From Heterodontus francisci (Eukaryota): DNA of 64,000 bases. Each line of letters begins with the position of its first letter. The stretch's first letter is position 1. Made by a program: the position numbers and the translations under genes. This document shows, piece after piece, positions 59,701 through 64,000 of the stretch. The stretch is from NCBI RefSeq assembly GCF_036365525.1, contig NC_090374.1, forward strand, positions 129,796,421 to 129,860,420, written 5' to 3'. The notes under the pieces are model-generated. The model had not been told where the DNA came from, made no database searches, and saw nothing but the letters and a program-made list of their open reading frames with translations.

Positions 59701-60975
59701 AAGAAAAGTGACCCTAATGACAATGAACTATCTCATTCTTTCTGAAAATATTAATTTAACAGTTCTCCTTAGCTCTCCTGATGGCTTAGTGAATATATCC
59801 ACTGAGTAAGCTAAGACTCACAGATCAGGAAGATCCATTTAGGGGAAACAATTTTTTGCCCTGCTTATCAAGTAGTTCCCCCCTGCCACAGAGGAACAAT
59901 GGATGGATGCAATACAGACGAACAGTGGGTGCTAATCCCTTGCTTTTGAATTGCACTGCACGCAAACTTCCTCATCTCTTCTGGTGTCTGCACCAGACAG
60001 TGCTTGAAGAAACTGTAAAGTTTCATGCAAATCAATGTCAGAGACTTCCGCATTCAAACCTACCCAAATTGCACCATGTGTAGTTCGGGGTAAAACTGAT
60101 CCTAGAGAAACATGGTGTCACTGATTCAAGAATTGCCGTCATTCTCTATTTTCTTTTTCATTGAAGTCAATGAAGAGAATTGGCCATGTTGTAAAACAGG
60201 CTGCAACTCGCAACAAGCCTTTTTTGTATTATTGACAGTGACTGATTTTATCCTCTCTGTCTTAAGAAACAGGTTAGTATCACCAAGAAGCATCTTTATT
60301 TTTGACTTTTGAATAACGAATGACTTTGCTGCTTTAATACTTATTGCAGATTGCTGTTCTTCCTTTACACTTGGGAGGCCATGTTCAATACTATGCCATC
60401 TGCCTTTTGCAATATTGCTGACTTGGAGGAAAAACAATCATTAAACTTTCTTGACAGCTGCTGAAGGTATTCACCCTTCCATTTTCTGAACCACAAATAC
60501 CTGCCTCCCTACTATAGAGGCTATAGAGGAAGAAATCCCAGTCTCCACCTTGATTCAACTTCTCCATGCTACCCGGAATTATAAGTGAAGCCTCAAAGTT
60601 AAATCAGCATCTATTCCTGGGCATCATTTCGCATCCACACTTGTTTTCCCTGTGGCTCATCGACTGTCTGATGCAATGGTGATGCCCTCTTATCCCCACA
60701 AAAAGCAAATTGCAGGGCACTTGGACTCCTGTTGCCATGCTAGTGATGCCATAGTAACAGTTTTAGGTCTTTGGACCATCTAGCCCACCTATCTACAGTA
60801 TTCCCTTGGGGCATTTCTAATCAGTCTGATTCCTATTTGCTGGCAAGACCTACTTGAAACCCTTAAGATTTCTTATTCCCCAACAGCAATCTATGTCACA
60901 GATGTCCAACCATTTTAGTAAAAATGTTTCCTCCTGCATTTCTTATTTTCTTTTGTTGTCATTAATTTGCACACA

Positions 60976-61027
60976 CATACAAGTTCTAGTAAGGGTCACT
61001 GCATACAAGTTCTAGTAAGGGTCACTG
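60976..61027. repeat. 26-bp perfect tandem duplication
   Basis: catacaagttctagtaagggtcactg occurs twice. Confidence 0.9.
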
Positions 61028-61320
61028 AGCAGCATTCAGTCATTGCAACTCTAGATTATTTCCCCCTTCTCTCATTGGCATAGAGGCCTTGGTTCAGACT
61101 ACCAATGTTTAATCTAACCTAAGCACAGAGTGTTCAAAGTAGCACAATTTAGTTGTTGTTGGTAACAGTTAAATTTATTTATGACTTTCTTTGTCTAGGT
61201 ACTCAGATTGCTGAGCAACAGTGGGTATTTATATGTTAAAATTAATTATGGCAAGCTGTGGCCCCATGGGTATTTTCCTTAATTGCCAGTGGGCCTGACT
61301 GAACCTATGCTCTTTTCTAA

Positions 61321-61968
61321 AATAAAAGCAAAATACTGCAAATGCTGGAAATCTGAAATAAAAACAAGAAATGTTGTAACCAGTCAGCAGGCCTGGCAGC
61401 ATCTGTGGAAAGAGAAGCAGAGTTAACGTTTTGGGTCAGTGACCCTTCTTCGGAACTGACAATTATTAAAAATGTCACAGGTTATAAGCAAGTGAGGTGG
61501 GGGTGGGGCAAGAGATAACAAAGGAGAAGGTGTAGATTGGACAAGGCCACATAGCTGACCAAAAGTTCATGGAGCAAAGGTAAACAATATGTTAATGGTG
61601 TGTTGAAAGACAAAGCATTAGTACAGAAAAGGTGTTAACGAACTGAATATTGAACAGCAGCAAATGCAAACATGAAAAAAATACAGTGGGTAAGCAAACT
61701 GAACAAACTAAGATGAAATGAAATAAATACAAAAAAAAAGGTTGCAAAAAATGTAAAAAAGAAATAAGAAAAAACAACTAAAAATGAAAGTAAAATGGGA
61801 GGCTGTCATGCTCTGAAATTATTGAACTCAATGTTCAGTCCGGCAGGCTGTAGTGTGCCTAATCGGTAGATGAGATGCTGTTCCTCGAGCTTGCGTTGAT
61901 GTTCACTGGAACACTGCAGCAATCCCAGGATAGAGATGTGAGCATGAGAGCAGGGGGGAGTGTTGAAA
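61321..61968 (-). mobile_element. Penelope-like element 3' end (GIY-YIG endonuclease C-terminus plus terminal repeat)
   Basis: HFNTPPCSH...RKLEEQHLIYRLGTLQPAGLNIEF* followed by the same terminal repeat as 34503-34720, with a mutated hammerhead core. Confidence 0.85.
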
Positions 61969-63529
61969 TGCTCTTTTCTACTGTTAATACTCATCCAAAA
62001 TGTACAAGAGGCATCAAACATAGCATACTACTAATTAATCAAGTAACCCAAAGGTCCTAACTCTTATCATGTATTTTATTGGTCGCCAGATATGACTGTT
62101 GAGTAGGAAGTGGGGAATAAGCTGCAGCAAAATTGTGAGGGGAACTAATATAAAGAAAGGAAAGATTGAAATTGCAACCAGAGGGTCACTTGTTTGAATT
62201 TCACCCTTGACCAATATTAAAACTTGTTTATCATCATTTAACAAGTTTTACGAGTTCTTATTCTGACTGCTAGATGCATTATTGTAGTGTAATGGAGCAA
62301 ATAAAAATGGAAGGAAAAATTCATCATCAAAAACGGAAATTTTGAAGGGGAAAATTTTTTTTAAAGTGACGGGTGATATCCTATAGTGGCTCTACAGGTA
62401 AGTGCATTAACAAGTATGGTACTGAGTTATACAGGCCAAGAAGATCCCAGGGGCAGTCTCTGTAACAAATCAGCTTTGTTCCCACTGTTCATGAAAGCAT
62501 ACAATGGGTTGTTTAAGGCTACCATCTCAAATCCGCCCCCAACAAACTACACCCATATCCTCCAACCCTCCCACCCCCCCAAAAAATAAAGAGTCTTAAA
62601 AACCTGTTAAGTCCTGCCAGAATTGCTTACTGCCCCATGTAAATGGGGTCCAGGGGTATGGTCAACACCTCTGACTCAATTTCACCCTAAACAATAATGA
62701 CATTATAAATGTGATGGTCGAGGCTGCAGCAGGTAATCATGCTGCAGATACAGCTTGGAGGAGGCCATTTTGTGCGCCGATGCTGAAGATTGGCGTTTCT
62801 GCATAACATTCCTTCAAGTATTTTGAGGGTTGAGCCTTTTGTTGCTACTTTCACTCAGCTCTGCACAAACTACTTCTTATCATTCTGGACATGGATTCCC
62901 CAATAGAAATACCCTTATATTTGCCTTATAAAGAGGAAGATGAAGAATTGCCAGTTTTTCCTATGGTGTCTTAGATTTTATAGATTTACTTATACTTAAA
63001 AGGCAAAGGAGAAAGCAATCTGGGAAGTGCAGTAGTGAGAAGACAGTGTGAACAAAGAATAATGGGGTAATTTTGACTTTGGGTGACAGGATAAAGCAGG
63101 CAATATTGGATCAGCCACCTGATAGACATCTCTCCAGATTATCATTGGCATTGACTTAAACATTACCACCAATGTGTTATTTTGTGTGTGAAAATGGGTG
63201 TCCAAGTAGAAATGTTCCCCACCCCCACAAGAAAGCAGGCACAAACAAACTGAAACTTTTAATTTGCTGGACAATGATTAGTTAAAGCTTACAGTACAAG
63301 TTTTTAAAGAGTATTCATTTTTGCATCCATGGAAAACATTGTCGGATGCCTTAGTGTTATCTTTTCCAAGTAACACAACTATTAACAACATTGTAGGAAG
63401 AGAATTATGTCTCTCCATGAGGATCGCTACTGTGTCAGTGGGATGGCTTTCAGCATTTGTTGGAAGCAATACAAGAATGTAAAGGGTAGAGTTTTCTTTG
63501 GGCACATTTTGAGGCGTTGTTCGCACCTC

Positions 63530-64000
63530 CACTGGTGGGGGAGGTTGGGTGGTTGGTGCTTGATATGGGTGGTGATGTTGGTTGCAGTGGGCTATGGGGG
63601 GTAATATTGTACTGGGCCATGGGAAGGGGGATCGGAGTGGGCCATGGAAAGCGGGGTGGGAAGTGGGCGAGAGGGGATTGGAGCGGGATATGGGGAGGTT
63701 CGAATGGGCAAGGGGGGTTGTTGGATGGGCTATGTCTGGGGGGAATTGGAGTGGGCTATCAATAGGGGATGGTTTGGAGTGGAATATGGGGGAAATTGGA
63801 GTGGGGTATGTCTGGAGAATTGGACTGGGCTATGGGGGTTGTTGGAGTGGGCTCCGGGTGTCATTGGAGTGGGCTATGTCTGGGGGTATTGGAGTGGGCT
63901 AAGGGGGTTGCTGGAGTGGGCTACGTCTGGAGGGAGTTGCAGTGGGCGAGATATGGGGGTTATTGGAGTGGACTATGTCTGGGGGCAGTTGGAGTGAGCT
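63530..64000. repeat. G-rich degenerate minisatellite (about 20-25 bp unit), running off the window
   Basis: Recurrent attggagtgggctatgtctggggg. Confidence 0.85.

Overview
Repeat-dense vertebrate genomic DNA, most likely from a shark or other elasmobranch (HE1-type V-SINE, HER1/CR1 LINEs, shark-type Penelope repeats). Two complete host genes sit head-to-head, and the ORF track shows only fragments of them because they are spliced. LYRM7 is on the minus strand (5 coding exons, 33944 to 22218, 105 aa) and HINT1 is on the plus strand (3 coding exons, 41998-55515, 126 aa). Most of the rest is nested transposable elements: many CR1 and L2 fragments, one nearly full-length CR1 with both ORFs open, a decayed PIF/Harbinger plus related MITEs, a Gypsy remnant, a hAT MITE, a Helitron helicase remnant, SINEs and a short retrovirus-like RT relic. 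Three observations stand out. (1) An in-frame U_UUA_AAC slippery heptamer at the CR1 ORF1/ORF2 junction would fuse ORF1 by -1 frameshift to an ORF2 whose first AUG lies 148 codons in. (2) Two copies of a Helentron-like non-autonomous element have covarying terminal hairpins, and one has expanded its internal 36-bp unit into a 3.6-kb minisatellite. (3) A Penelope fold-back insertion carries an intact minimal hammerhead ribozyme core, with decayed relatives elsewhere in the window. All calls were made by eye without database searches, and repeat boundaries are approximate unless a TSD or TIR is cited.
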